Source: Octopus sinensis (lineage: Eukaryota). From it: a stretch of DNA of 64,000 nt. The stretch lies in NCBI RefSeq assembly GCF_006345805.1, contig NC_043008.1, forward strand, positions 22,010,001 through 22,074,000. Reading direction: 5' to 3'. The translations under genes were made by a program, and so were the position numbers. Each line of letters begins with the position of its first letter. Position 1 is the first letter of the stretch. The notes under the pieces are model-generated. The model did not search any database and had not been told where the DNA came from. It saw only the letters and a list, made by a program, of their open reading frames with translations. Below, one piece after another: positions 12,261 to 24,450 of this stretch.

Positions 12261-12835
12261 ATCGTTGTTGTTCTGTAACTTGTTTAGCTATTAGTTTCCA
12301 ATAACTTGTATTTAAAAAAACCAAAAACACAAAAACAACACAAGACACAAAATCTCATTGTTTAATACCTTCCAGTCTTGTTGAGAAATTTTCCTTTTTC
12401 TTATTCTTCCTCCATTATTAATCCTATAAACTTACTTTTTACTTTTCAATTTCTTTACTATTTTTTTTTTGTTATTTTTCCTATTAAATCTTTATTACTT
12501 CATGTTGTCAGTAATCAGAAACCAACATCTCTTGGGCCTTACTCTGAAGAATAATATTGATTGGGACAAGGACAAGGGAACAATGAAATCCATAACTGAG
12601 ACACTGGCAGAAGCCTGATTACACTATTATATTTTTGCCAGAGAATTCTTTCTCCCAGTGGTTTATTGTAGAAATCTGAATATCTTCGTTTTGTTTCTAT
12701 CCGTCTTTCCTTTTTAATTTTACGATTGACAAGTTCATATTCTGTTAATGTTGCTTGGGATTTGTGTGGCCACACACACACACACACACACATATATACA
12801 CACACACATATATGCACACACACGCACACATATGC

Positions 12836-13140
12836 ACACACTCACACATGTATGTATACATATAGATATATAATATATATCGTGTGTGTGTGGTATGTAT
12901 GGGTGTATATGTATTTGGGCGTTTGTGTATGTATGTACATTTGTATACACACACACACACACACATACATACATACACACACATATGTACACACTCACAC
13001 ATGTATGTATACATGTATGTATATATAATATATATCATGTGTGTGGTATGTATTGGTGTATATGTATTTGGGCGTTTGTGTATATATGTACATTTGTGTA
13101 CACACACACACACGCACACACACACATATATATATATACA
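12836..13140. repeat. two-copy 153-bp tandem duplication of a compound microsatellite
   Basis: CTCACACATGTATG at 12841 and 12994; GTATTTGGGCGTTTGTG at a 153-bp offset (GGG at 12917 and 13070). Confidence 0.85.
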
Positions 13141-13671
13141 TATAAACATATGTACACACACGACACACACACATGTATATATTTATATGTGTGTGTGTGT
13201 ATGTGTGTATTTCTATGTATGTATGCATGCATTTTTTCAGTGTTTTTGTAGTGTTTATTTATTTACTGATTAAGGTTTATGAAAGCTGAAATATAGACTA
13301 AATCGCTCTGTTTGTTTTTTCGGACTTCTGGACGACATCTCATTGGCCTTGGTTTTTGTTCTTCAACTACATGCACACATACACATGTGCATAAACACAC
13401 AAGCATGCATAGATACACACACACACATACATTCATACATACATACATACATACATACATACATACATACATACATACATACATACATACCTACATACAT
13501 ACATACATATGAATTATATTCTATTCAATGTTAACATGTCTCCCCTTGTTCAATATGGTTAACCAACTTCACAATAGCAACTGAGTCCATTCAAGATATC
13601 TACCCAGATTTATAAATTCCTATTACTTGGTGTATATATACATATACATCATCATCATCATCATCATCATC

Positions 13672-13709
<38 letters not shown>

Positions 13710-13889
13710 CGTTTTTGGATTTGATTTGCAAGATTCTTTATATGAGTTTGTGTGTTGAAGCATATTCTCTTGTGTCTGGGGAGAATCATTTTCTTTTTGT
13801 GCCTTACAATGTAACACACTCACCGGTAAAATTTCCACTTTTTTCTTATTTTTATTGTCCTAAAATTTTCGTTGCGTCATGCAGCCTTT

Positions 13890-14060
13890 TCAATAACTTA
13901 GCGGTTCTGCAAAAGAGACCGATAGAATAAGTACTAGGCTTACAAAGAATAAGTCCTGGAGTCAATTTCCTCGACTAAAGGTGGTGCTCCAGCATGGCCA
14001 CATCCCAAGGCGAATGCCGCAGCACGGCTGCAGTCCAATGACTGAAACAAGTAAAAGAAA
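13890..14060 (+). mobile_element. SINE-B 3' half
   Basis: AACTTAGCGGTTCTGCAAAAGAGACCGATAGAATAAGTAC...GACTGAAACAAGTAAAAGA. Confidence 0.75.
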
Positions 14061-14576
14061 AGGCAGTCGACTAAAAGTGACAGACAAGCAAAATCATTAA
14101 AGTCTCACTGAAAATTCCTTGTGATGTTTAGTTGCAGCTCTTCATGTTCTGAGTTCAAACCACACCAAAGTCACTTTTAGTCTTCATACTTCCAGGGTCA
14201 ATAAAATAATGGAAAAGTTAAGTTCTAAAGTCAATTTAATTGCCCTTTGTGCTTGGTTGTGTCTTGTGTCTCTCTACCTAAATCAGAAAAATCTCCATCA
14301 TCATCATTATTATTATTAGTCAATTAATTAACTAATTAGCTAATTTACTAATTATTGTGTTGGATCAATCATTTGGTTCATCTGAGTCTTTCATTGTTGT
14401 CCTTGATCTCCTTGCATCGCATGTTCTCATCTTCTCCGATTCTGTGTTTGTGCTCTCTTTCAATATTAACAGATTATAGCAAATGGAATCTGTGTGTGTG
14501 TGTGTGTATATACGTGTGTGTCTGTATGTTTGTGTAAGTGTATGAATGTGTACATATATGTGTGTATATGTATATA

Positions 14577-14822
14577 CAAGCAAAATGCCCCCCTCCTGTC
14601 CAATGGACGGTGCTGATTTACTTGCGCGTATAAATGCACGTTCCCACGGCTTTATCGATTGCATTCTCACCTGGAAACGATTTTTGTAATTTTTTTCAAG
14701 ACTTATACATGCCCTGATACCGTCGGTATCTACATATCAAATTTGAGCGCAATCGGATGGAGGAAACCGAAGATCCTAGAAGACACACACACAGACAGAC
14801 GGAACGGATTTTATGTAATAGA
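14577..14822 (-). mobile_element. Helitron/HINE-like non-autonomous element
   Basis: Minus strand begins (A)TCTATTACATAAAATCCG, then (GTCT)n/(GT)n and CCGATTGCGCTCAAATTTG. A small GTCCA/TGGAC hairpin lies near the other end, which is CTTG|T (CTAG-like). Confidence 0.6.
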
Positions 14823-15162
14823 TGTGTATGTGTACGTTTGTGTGTAAGTGTATTTGCATGCATTGGAAGGTCAGTGTCTTTGCATATAGACTCTGTGTGT
14901 GTGTGTGCATGATTTTGTATGTTCTTTATTCATTTGTCAATTCTTGATGGTTATGAACTTTTGAATTATATACATGTATAAATGTATATATAGATACATA
15001 TATATATATATATATATATTGATATATATTTATATATATATATATATATTATATATATATATATTATATATATATATAATAAAATATTAGGGAATAAATC
15101 CAAACTTACAGGAAAAAATCAGATTTAGGATTGAATCCAATTTTATAGTAAAATATTATATT

Positions 15163-15403
15163 TATTAAATTAGAGATAAAACCACTATTAGGCAAATCAT
15201 ACAATGAAAAACTTAACCCAATATATAAGATTAATTAATTTATATATTTAAATATATATCAAAATTATTAAAAAAGATAATTAATTATCTTTTTTAATAA
15301 TTTTGATATATATTTAAATAATATAAATTAATTAATCTTATATATTGGGTTAAGTTTTTCATTGTATGATTTGCCTAATAGTGGTTTTATCTCTAATTTA
15401 ATA
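15163..15403. repeat. 241-bp spacerless AT-rich palindrome
   Basis: Arms of about 120 bp centred between 15282 and 15283 (GATAATT|AATTATC) are reverse complements except for one extra A in the right arm. Confidence 0.95.
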
Positions 15404-16987
15404 TAATATATATATATATATATTTTACACACTCATGCATATACATATATATGGTGGTGAGATATTTATGTTTGGGATGGATCAGGTTGTATAGGGAATT
15501 GTTGTAACTTCTTTTGTACTTTCTGTTAAATCCAATTTCCATCTGTAATAAGCATGTTGCTTCTTTTGTTTGTTTTAACATGTGAGCATATTGGTAAAGC
15601 ACCAATGCTAGTTTCTTTCCCTTATACTCATGCTAATGAGCATCAATTCTTTGTACTATGCTACAAGTAGTTTTCCCTTTATGTCGTGATAGTGTTCTTG
15701 CATATTATATATGAAACGCTCTGCACTTTAGCCACTTATGTAACTTTATAAGTAATGTATGGGAACATATGCATGCACATTTGTGTTCTCTTGTGATATG
15801 CACATCTACAAATGTAAGTTTATCTACATGCACGCATATACACAGTACATATGTATATATGCATACATCAACTAGCTCAGGAATCACAAGACCCATGAGT
15901 TGCCTTGACTTAAACAAGCTGGCTTGAATTCTGAAAAGGTAAATCTCTTAAAATATACCCCACAGAAATATACACACGCACATATACATACATTACGTGG
16001 GGCTGCATGCATTTATAAATCATAAACAATTGCTACCAATATTTATCGAATATTCCCCTATCCTTTCTTCTTTCTGTTAGAAACTGATCTAACCTCAAAT
16101 CTTATTTCATAATGAAATTATGGAAATATCTGTATAATTTGATTGGTAGCGGTGGTTGTCGTTACTGTCGTGGGTTTGAATGTCATGGTGGTGCTGGTGC
16201 TGGTGTTGGTATCGGTGAAGGTTGTAGTGGGGTGTAGTGACAGCGTCGGTGGCAGCTCAGTGTGTGGTGGTGGTGGTGGTGGTGGTGACTTGTAGGTTTA
16301 AGTGTCCAACAAATAAAACTACAATACTTTTGTTACAATGCTTATCTACAAACGAATCTTAGATAAACCCTATGTTAAGAAAAAAGAATTGGGAGAGGAG
16401 AATGGAAGGCCAAGAGAGGTGATGGTCATCACAGTGATTGCAGTAGCAGTAGAGGTGGTGGGCATAGCAGTTGTTGTCATGATTGTAATCATTGTGGTAG
16501 TGGTGGTTATGGTTGCCATGGTGTCAGTCACTATTGCTGACGGGTGCTGTCAGAGTGGTAGTGATGGTCATGGTAGGGTAAAGGTTTGCTAGTGGCAGTT
16601 GTTTAACCATAGGCCATCCCTAATCACATAGACACATGATTGATCAAAAATGTCGCTATTATGATCCCATCTTTAATTAAGGTATCCGACTTATTTCATG
16701 GCATATTTAGAGGAAAAATTCATGGTTTCTGACCATATTTTGGAGGTCACTATCACTGGTGGCAGAGAATGGAACCTGACTTGAATCCTCTTTACAAAGT
16801 GTATCCTTGTATCCTGCTAAAAGGACCAAGGGACCACATTATGTTAAACCATTTACACCAAGTTCTAGATGAAGTCTGCTGCAGAAAACATGCACGGTCT
16901 CTTCAGTCATAGTTTATCTCTTGCCAAATTTCACATACACACACATATATCTGTGTGTGTGTGAGTGCCTACACATATGTAGACGAG

Positions 16988-17190
16988 CATGACTTAGTGG
17001 GTAGAGTGTTGTGCTCATGATTGTAAGATTGTGGTTTCAGTTCCTGGACTGACCAATGCATAGAGTTCTTGAGCAAAACACTTCATTTAATGATGCTCCA
17101 GTCCACTCAGCTGGCAAAAATGAATAAATCTACAACAGATTCGTGTCCCATCCAGCAAGGTAATATATACACCACAGAATCCAAGAAACC
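16988..17190 (+). mobile_element. SINE family E head with alternative tail (W), decayed
   Basis: CATGACTTAGTGGGTAGAG...GTTCTTGAGCAAAACACTTCATTT...GCTCCAGTCCACTCAGCTGG matches the 5' part of 39086-39425; the 3' part is unrelated. Confidence 0.6.
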
Positions 17191-17235
17191 CAGCCATATG
17201 ATCCTACATACATACATACATATATATATATGAAA

Positions 17236-17461
17236 GGCAGCGAGCTGGTAGAAACGTTAGCATGCTGGGAGAAATTCGTAGCCGTATTTCGTCTGTCATT
17301 ACGTTCCGAGTTCAAATTCCGCCGAGATTGACTTTGCCTTTCATCCTTTCGGGGTCGATAAATTAAGTACCAGTTATGCACTGGGGTCGATGTAGTTGAC
17401 TTAATCCCTTTGTCTGTCCTTGTTTGTCCCCTCTGTGTTTAGCTCCTTGTGGGTAGTAAAG

Positions 17462-17465
<4 letters not shown>
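17236..17465 (+). mobile_element. SINE-A monomer (tail 1) within (TA)n
   Basis: Full-length match to family A, with TA arrays on both flanks. Confidence 0.9.
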
Positions 17466-17497
<32 letters not shown>

Positions 17498-17799
17498 CAA
17501 AGTAAAGTTGTAAGGTACTGCAAGGGTGAAAATATATACAAAAGAAGGTTTGAAAATGCAATTTTAAAGATGTTTATGGTCGGCCAGAGGCTATAGCAAA
17601 AGACACTTGCTCAAGGTGCCGTGTTGTGGAAGTGAACCCAAAGCCATGTGTTTGGGAAGTAAACTGTGCTTATGTCTGTATTGCAAAACACAAATAAACA
17701 GAGTAAAGAATTATATGGGTAAAAGACGGAATATCAAAATCTGCGGCTGTGAGAGAAATATTTTGGATAGCACTGTAAACTTGCCACTTGGAAAAGGAG

Positions 17800-17950
17800 G
17801 AGGAGAGAGAGGAGGGTGAGTGCAAGGAAGGAGGGAGTGTTGGAAAGAAGGAGTAGGCAAGAGAGACAAAGAGGAGAGGAGAAGGAGAAGGCGAGGAAGG
17901 AGATGGGAAGAGGAGGAGGGAGGCTAGTAAAACAGAAGGAGGAGACTATA
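17800..17950. repeat. GA-rich polypurine tract
   Basis: GGA/GAA-rich, with very few pyrimidines on the + strand. Confidence 0.85.
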
Positions 17951-18344
17951 TAAAACTTGTTTAAGGAAAATGTCAGAGAGACATTGCACACATGTCAAAC
18001 TAAAGAATATTTATGAGGAAATGAACAGCAAAGATTCTGAACATAACATTCTTTAAAGAAATTCTTTGAAGAGCAACAATTCCTCAGAGACTGGACGTTG
18101 TTCTTTTCTGTCTGAAATTAGTTGCTGATAATGTCTGGTATTCTTATAATATGTTACAATATTTCAGAAGATGGTTGTATTAGTTGTGTTAAAGCAAATC
18201 TTTACTTGACAGACATAATGTTTCGATCATTTACACATACAAGAAAAACAATATATTTTATATAGATATATGTGTGTGTAAAGCTATAAATATATAGTTA
18301 AATCCAGATATTGTGACTCATATATATATATAATATATATATAT

Positions 18345-18387
<43 letters not shown>

Positions 18388-18389
<2 letters not shown>

Positions 18390-18692
18390 AGGCGCAATGG
18401 CCCAGTGGTTAGGGCAGCGGACTCGCAGTCGTAGGATCGCGGTTTCGATTCCCAGACCAGGTGTTGTGAGTGTTTATTGAGCGAAAATACCTAAAAGCTC
18501 CACGAGGCTCTGGCAGGGGGTGGTGGCGATCGCTGCTGTACTCTTTCACCACAACTTTCTCTCACTCTTTCGTCTGTTGGCCTGCTCGCTTAGCCAGCGG
18601 TGTGGCGTCATTTGAAGGCTAAAATAATGCGAAGCGCATTGTGATCAGCGATGTGTAGCAACATCTGATAGCCTGGGCGGTAACGATGATGA
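18388..18692 (+). mobile_element. SINE family D (tRNA-derived head) with tail X
   Basis: A-box TGGCCCAGTGG, B-box GGTTTCGATTCC. The first ~190 bp are nearly identical to 43070-43250; the tail matches 40748-40858. Confidence 0.85.
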
Positions 18693-18784
18693 TATATATA
18701 TATATATAATATACACACACATACATACATACATACATACATACATACATGCATATATATATATATATATACATGCATACTTAT

Positions 18785-19225
18785 ATTCTTTTACTTGTTT
18801 TGGTCATTTGATTGTGGCAATGCTGGAACATCACCTTTAGTTGAACAAATTGACCCCAGGTCTTATACTTTGTAAGCCTAGCACTTATTCTGTTGGTCTC
18901 TTTTGCCAAACCACTAAGTTACTGGGACATAAACACACCAATACTGATGTCAGGCGATGGTGGAAGAGACAAACACAGACACACAAATACATACACATAC
19001 GTACAAACATACATCCTTGCATACATACAACCATACATAAATACATTCATACAAACATACATACATACAAACATGCATACATGCATAAATGCATACATAC
19101 ATACACGCATACATACATGCATAAATACATGCATACATACATACATACATGTATACATACAAACATACATACATACATACATGCATACATACATATATAC
19201 ATACATACATACATACAAACACACA
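18785..19225 (-). mobile_element. SINE-B 3' half running into a ~250-bp (TACA)n/(TGCA)n array
   Basis: B tail reverse complement at 18785-18985, contiguous with the expanded tetranucleotide array at the position of the B internal microsatellite. Confidence 0.75.
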
Positions 19226-19401
19226 TGCATATTTTCTTTGTTACCAAGCCATTAAAGATGTATATCAACGTTTCCTTTTGGGTGAATGGAGTTCTATTCA
19301 TTTTCCTGACTGTTTATTCAGTAATCAAACCTTATTGGCATTCATGTCTGGAAAGTCACCATAATCTTGTACTATGCTATGCTGAGTTTTTATTTACTTA
19401 C

Positions 19402-19600
19402 TTATTACCTCTGCCTTAGCAAAGGCAGAGGTATTGTTTACAAATATTTCTTTGTCTCTGGACAAGATATCTCAAAAATCGCTAGATGGATTCAGATGAA
19501 ACTTTCAGGGATGTTTGGCATCGTGGCTGTCACGAACTAATTAGATTTTAGGATCGATCTGGTACCAGACGAGGATTCTGGATAAATTTTTATATTTTCT
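19402..19600 (+). mobile_element. Helentron-associated (HINE/DINE-like) element fragment
   Basis: TTATTACCTCTGCCTT-AGCA-AAGGCAGAGGTA is a 12-bp perfect stem (19406-19433), followed by GATGGATTCAGATGAAACTTTCAGG and GATTTTAGGATCGATCTGG. This resembles the ttattacctccgccaaggaggt-type HINE consensus (from memory). Confidence 0.6.
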
Positions 19601-19794
19601 TTACTTTACATGTATATGTAAAGTTTCAAATAGTTCTCTTCTACACGCACACACATACACACATATACTCACACTTCAAATGCTGTTTATTGGCTTATCC
19701 AAGCCTTCCTTTGTTATTTATCTATCACCCCTCCCTTTCTCATTCATATGACACTCTCTTTGCCATTTATCTCCTCTATCTTCTCTCTCTCTCT

Positions 19795-19831
<37 letters not shown>

Positions 19832-20459
19832 TAGATAGATAGATAGATAGATATAGACAGCCATGAAACATGTGTAGTTATTCTACCAAATATATTGAAG
19901 TGATTTTGCTATTATCATTTCTTAAATATAGCCACGAAACACGTGTAGTTATTCTACCATATATATATACGTTTTATTTATTATTTTGCCATTACTTAAT
20001 CATTGTTATATGTTTTATCTTTATTTAATCTTTCTATAAGATGTATTTTTCTAAATGGTATAATTTATTTTTTTCATTATTGAATTGATAAAAGGTTGGT
20101 TTTTTAATAATTTATATATATACACAAATATATATATATATATACATACATATATATATAATATATATATATATTATATATATATATTATATATATTGTA
20201 TATATACATACATACATACATACATACATACATACTATATATATATATACAAATATTAAAATGACAATGCTCATTATCATATTAGGTGATTATACATACA
20301 TTTTAACACTTTACAGTATACTTACATATATACATAATTCTATACATTGATCTAAAACAACAGGATTACTAAAGGAAAACTGGAACTAAAGAGAGGAGAA
20401 AACAAAAGGTCTCACGATATCATTGAAGGATTTTATTTCAGATAGTCTCATTTTAAAAC

Positions 20460-20593
20460 TCATCTCTGGTTAATCATTGAGAAGACGTTGGTGTTGCGTT
20501 GGCAGAGGTTTGCACTCTCTGAGTGCTCTTGTTTATTTGTGTATTTATTTAACTTGGTGATGCTTGCTGTTACTTCAACCATTGCTGCCTGTT
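20460..20593 (-). CDS. candidate terminal coding exon, unassigned
   Basis: Acceptor tctctcctttcgtatgcAG, open phase-1 frame (E)QAAMVEVTASITKLNKYTNKQEHSESANLCQRNTNVFSMINQR*, AATAAA at 20432-20437, then a U-rich tract. No homology recognised. Confidence 0.25.
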
Positions 20594-20727
20594 CTGCATA
20601 CGAAAGGAGAGATCAGAATTTGTCCATAATGAAGAGAAAAACTGCAATTACCTCGGTGCTGGTTCCTACCTTTGCTTTTTGTGACATTAGACAGGTGAAG
20701 GATACTGGCAGATTTTATGGAATATAA

Positions 20728-21270
20728 ACTCTTTTACTCTTTTACTTGTTTCAGTCATTTGACTGTGGCCATGCTGGAGCACCGCCTTTAGTCAAGCAAA
20801 TCGACTGCAGGACTTATTCTTTAGAAGCCAAGTACTTATTTTATCGGTCTCTTTTGCTGAACCACTAAGTTACGGGGACGTAAACACACCAGCATCAGTT
20901 GTCAAGCGATGTTGGGGGGACAAACACAGACACACAAACCACGAACATATCATCATCATCATTGTTTGACCATGGTCGAGACAATGGAATTTACCATGCT
21001 ACGCCAGACTTCGCGGTCCATCATATACACACACATACATATATATATACATATATATACATATATACATATATATATACATATATACATATATATACAT
21101 ATATACGATGGTCTCTTTCAGTTTCCGTTTACCAAATCCAGTCACAAGGCTTTAGTCGGCACAAGGTTATAGTACAAGACACTTGCCCAAGGTGCCACAC
21201 AGTGGGACTGAACCCAGAACCATGTGATTGGTAAGCAAGCTACTTACCACACAGCCACTCCTGCGCCTAT
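20728..21270 (-). mobile_element. SINE-B full length, with a small insert in its internal microsatellite
   Basis: Tail (CTTTTACT)n through head ...CACAGCCACTCCTGCGCCT. Extra 75 bp at 20948-21022. Confidence 0.9.
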
Positions 21271-21512
21271 TAAATTTCTCTCTGGCTATCCAGTTCCCTT
21301 TCTCAGAAGATTGAATTTAGCTCAACACTGCAAGACTTTTCAAAATTGTAACATTACTATGGCTTAGAATACAATGTAACACTACTACGGCTTAGAATAC
21401 AAAGCTATTACTTACAACTAGACATCTAGGTGTCAACTAACTATTATATTGTCAGTAATAACAAAATATCCAACTGGTGACTAAGTGTTAATGATATTAT
21501 GAACGACTATAA

Positions 21513-21917
21513 GATAGTGAGCTGGCAAAACCATTTGCATGCCACGCAAAATTCTTAGCAGCATTCTGAGCTCAAATTCTGCCATGGTCAACTTTGCTTT
21601 CAGTTCCTTTCAAGGTCAATAAAATAAGCACCAGCTTAAGACAGCAGTCGATGTAATTGACTTATTCTCTCTTCCAAAATTACTGGCCTTGTTTCAACAT
21701 TTGAGACCAACCCATTAGTTTGCAGGACAAAATTCTTAGAGGCATGTTGTCACTCTTTATATTCTGCACTCAAACTTCACTGAGGTCGACTTTGCCTTTC
21801 GTCCCTTTTTTAAGTTGATAAAATAAGTATCACAGTGAACACTGGGGCTTGATGTAGTCGGCTTTCTCCCCCCCCCCAACCACTGAAATTGCTGGCCTTG
21901 TGCCAAAATTGGAAATA
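21513..21917 (+). mobile_element. two adjacent decayed SINE-A copies (tail 3 type)
   Basis: Degenerate CTGAGCTCAAATTC...ACTTTGC.TTTCA..AAGGTCAATAAAATAAG at 21513-21712 and 21722-21917. Confidence 0.7.
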
Positions 21918-22514
21918 TATTACGATCAATTATATCATGTTCATCTGTCAGAGCACTGAGGATCAACTTGTCATCTTTATGTCGTTAAGGATTACTGATG
22001 AATGACACAGTGATTTTGTTTAAAGTGGGAAAGGTTTCCACACTGCCAATTTCACTGTCTAGTAGCAAAACTGAATCAAGATGACTTGGGAAGGAGATGG
22101 ATATAGTGGATGACCAAGATGTCTTACTGGCCTCATCTTGCTTCCTGTACTCCACAATGTGTTGCTGCAGTCATCTTCCCCTGTACTGGACCATGATAGT
22201 CCAGAAGAAACCATGAAGGTATTTTCTTCTGTTGGGTCCAGCCTTCAGATGCATAAGGAGGCAAGACCTGATATGCTAATTAACCTGTAAATGGTAACCT
22301 GAGAGGTGTTGCTGCTACTTTGTGCCAAAGTAGACTTGAGGACAATATTGGCTAAGGGGTCATTTCACACCTCTCAAAACCCTGGAATTCTAAAAACCAA
22401 GGCCACACTATCAGATGCAGTTTGAAATCATGCCCAAAATAAGTAATAAACTAATCAATATATTGCATCAGTAATCACAAAATACTAAACTGGTGACTAA
22501 GTGACTAAGTGTCT

Positions 22515-22724
22515 GAGTTCCTTTTGAGTGTTGGGCCTTACGAAGGCAAAGTGGCTGAGTTCCTTTCAAGCATTGGGTCTCAGGAAAGCAAAGTGGCTGA
22601 GTTCTTTTTGAGTGTTGGGCACCAAGGAGGCAAAGTGGCAGAGTTCCTTCCGAGCATTCAGCCTCACAGAGGTAAAGTGGCTGAGTTCCTTTTGAGTGTT
22701 GGGCCTCACAAAGACAATGACTGA
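22515..22724. repeat. 42-bp minisatellite (5 copies) derived from the RTE ORF C-terminus
   Basis: GAGTTC starts at 22515, 22557, 22599, 22641 and 22683. The unit contains TTGGGCCTCACAGAGG, also present in the RTE ORF end, and runs directly into the RTE 3' end. Confidence 0.9.
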
Positions 22725-23240
22725 GAACTTTGGCATTATGTTGTACTTGAAAAGAAAACCCATCAAACCGAACATGATCACTATTGTGGCAGACACTGGT
22801 GTCATGCAAATGATACCCATGCCGGTAGCATGTTAAAGTATGCTGGTGTTGCGTAAATGGCAACTGTACCAGTGGTATGTAAAAGCACCCATTACACTCT
22901 CAGAATGGTTGGCATTAGGAAGGGCATCCAGCAATAGAAAACCATGCCAAATCAGACTGGAGTCTGGTGCAGCCTTCCAGCTTACCAGCCCTGATCAAAC
23001 TGTCCAACCCATGCCAACATGGGCAACAGACGTTAAATGATGGTGACGACGATGATGATGATGATGATGATGATGATGAAGATGATGAGATGATGATGAT
23101 GATGATGAGGATGATGCTGATACTGATGATGATATGATGCTGATGACGATGATGATGATATGATGATGCTGATGCTGATACTGAAGATGATGATGACGAT
23201 GATGATGATGATGATGACGATGATGATGATGATGATGATG
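22725..23240 (+). mobile_element. RTE LINE 3' end with a ~200-bp (GAT)n tail
   Basis: ORF-end homology, then GGTTGGCATTAGGAAGGGCATCC...GACGTTAAATGATG and a long degenerate (GAT)n. Confidence 0.85.
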
Positions 23241-23830
23241 AATGTGATCAACTATCCAACATGTTGCATCAGCAAACCACAAAATATTAAACTGGTGACT
23301 AGGTGACTAATAGATAATACTGTAATCAACTAACCAGCATATCGCATCGGTAATGACAAAATATTAAACTTCTGGCCTTATGACTTGGTCGTATATATGA
23401 ATCATTTAGCTGTCTAACCCATCCAAAAGATATGTAAATACATCTGGAATAGCAATCATAAAAATCAATGATATTCACTATAGTCTTGCCTTCTTTTATT
23501 GTTTTTCATTTGCTAATGTTTAGTGTCTTGCCAGAAACTAAACAAAGAAAATAATACTACAAATGAAAAAAAAAAAGAAAAAAGAAAATAAATAGCAAAA
23601 AAACAGAAAGAAAACGATATGGAAAACAGATTTCACTTAAATATATTATCTTCTCAATAAAAACTATTATCAATTGTCTATATTATTAATGCATAAGTTT
23701 TGGTTCAAAATATTGATTTGTCATCAACTTAGCTAAGAAATGCTTTAGATATGTCTAGTGGATGAATGCTACAAGAAAAGTAGGCAGGATAATGAAAGAA
23801 TAGCATATATATAGAATACATATATATATA

Positions 23831-23906
<76 letters not shown>

Positions 23907-23966
23907 TAATTATATATATATATATAATATATATGTATATATATACACATACATATACAGATACAT

Positions 23967-24024
<58 letters not shown>

Positions 24025-24450
24025 ATATATATATATATACGTATACACACACACATACATAAGCAAGAAGTAGGTATAATTGTATTATTTAATTACGTCT
24101 ATACTCATTTCATGCTTCCATTAATCTTTAGAAAAATATAATCTCACTGCAGATATGGTTGGTCTTCTTTGGTCAAATGGCACTCTAAATAGGCTATTTC
24201 GTATCTTTTATGGAAATGTGTATGTGGGTGTATAGATATATGAGTGTGTAAAGGTATATGTAAGTGTGTGTGTATGTGCATATATATATATTATATATAT
24301 ATATATATATATTGATAGATAGATAGATATATTTACATATATACATATATATACAATATGTACATAAATATAGAAATATATACGAAGGTATATGGCATAT
24401 AGTGTGTGTGTGTATATATAAAATGGCATCAATTTAACAATTTATATATA

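Noticed and set aside
18388-18460. tRNA-like sequences at the SINE-D and SINE-E heads (also 39086 and 43070)
   Set aside because: A and B boxes are present, but the acceptor and anticodon stems do not close properly and each continues into a SINE body. They are SINE heads, not tRNA genes.
22030-22400. GC-richer unique stretch, possibly an L2/CR1 RT relic or an exon
   Set aside because: Only a vague IVEYRK similarity, with stops in the relevant frames. Cannot be supported.
22515-22724. Regularly spaced repeats (also 31011-31360) as a CRISPR-like array
   Set aside because: The units are contiguous tandem copies without unique spacers, there are no cas genes, and the context is eukaryotic.
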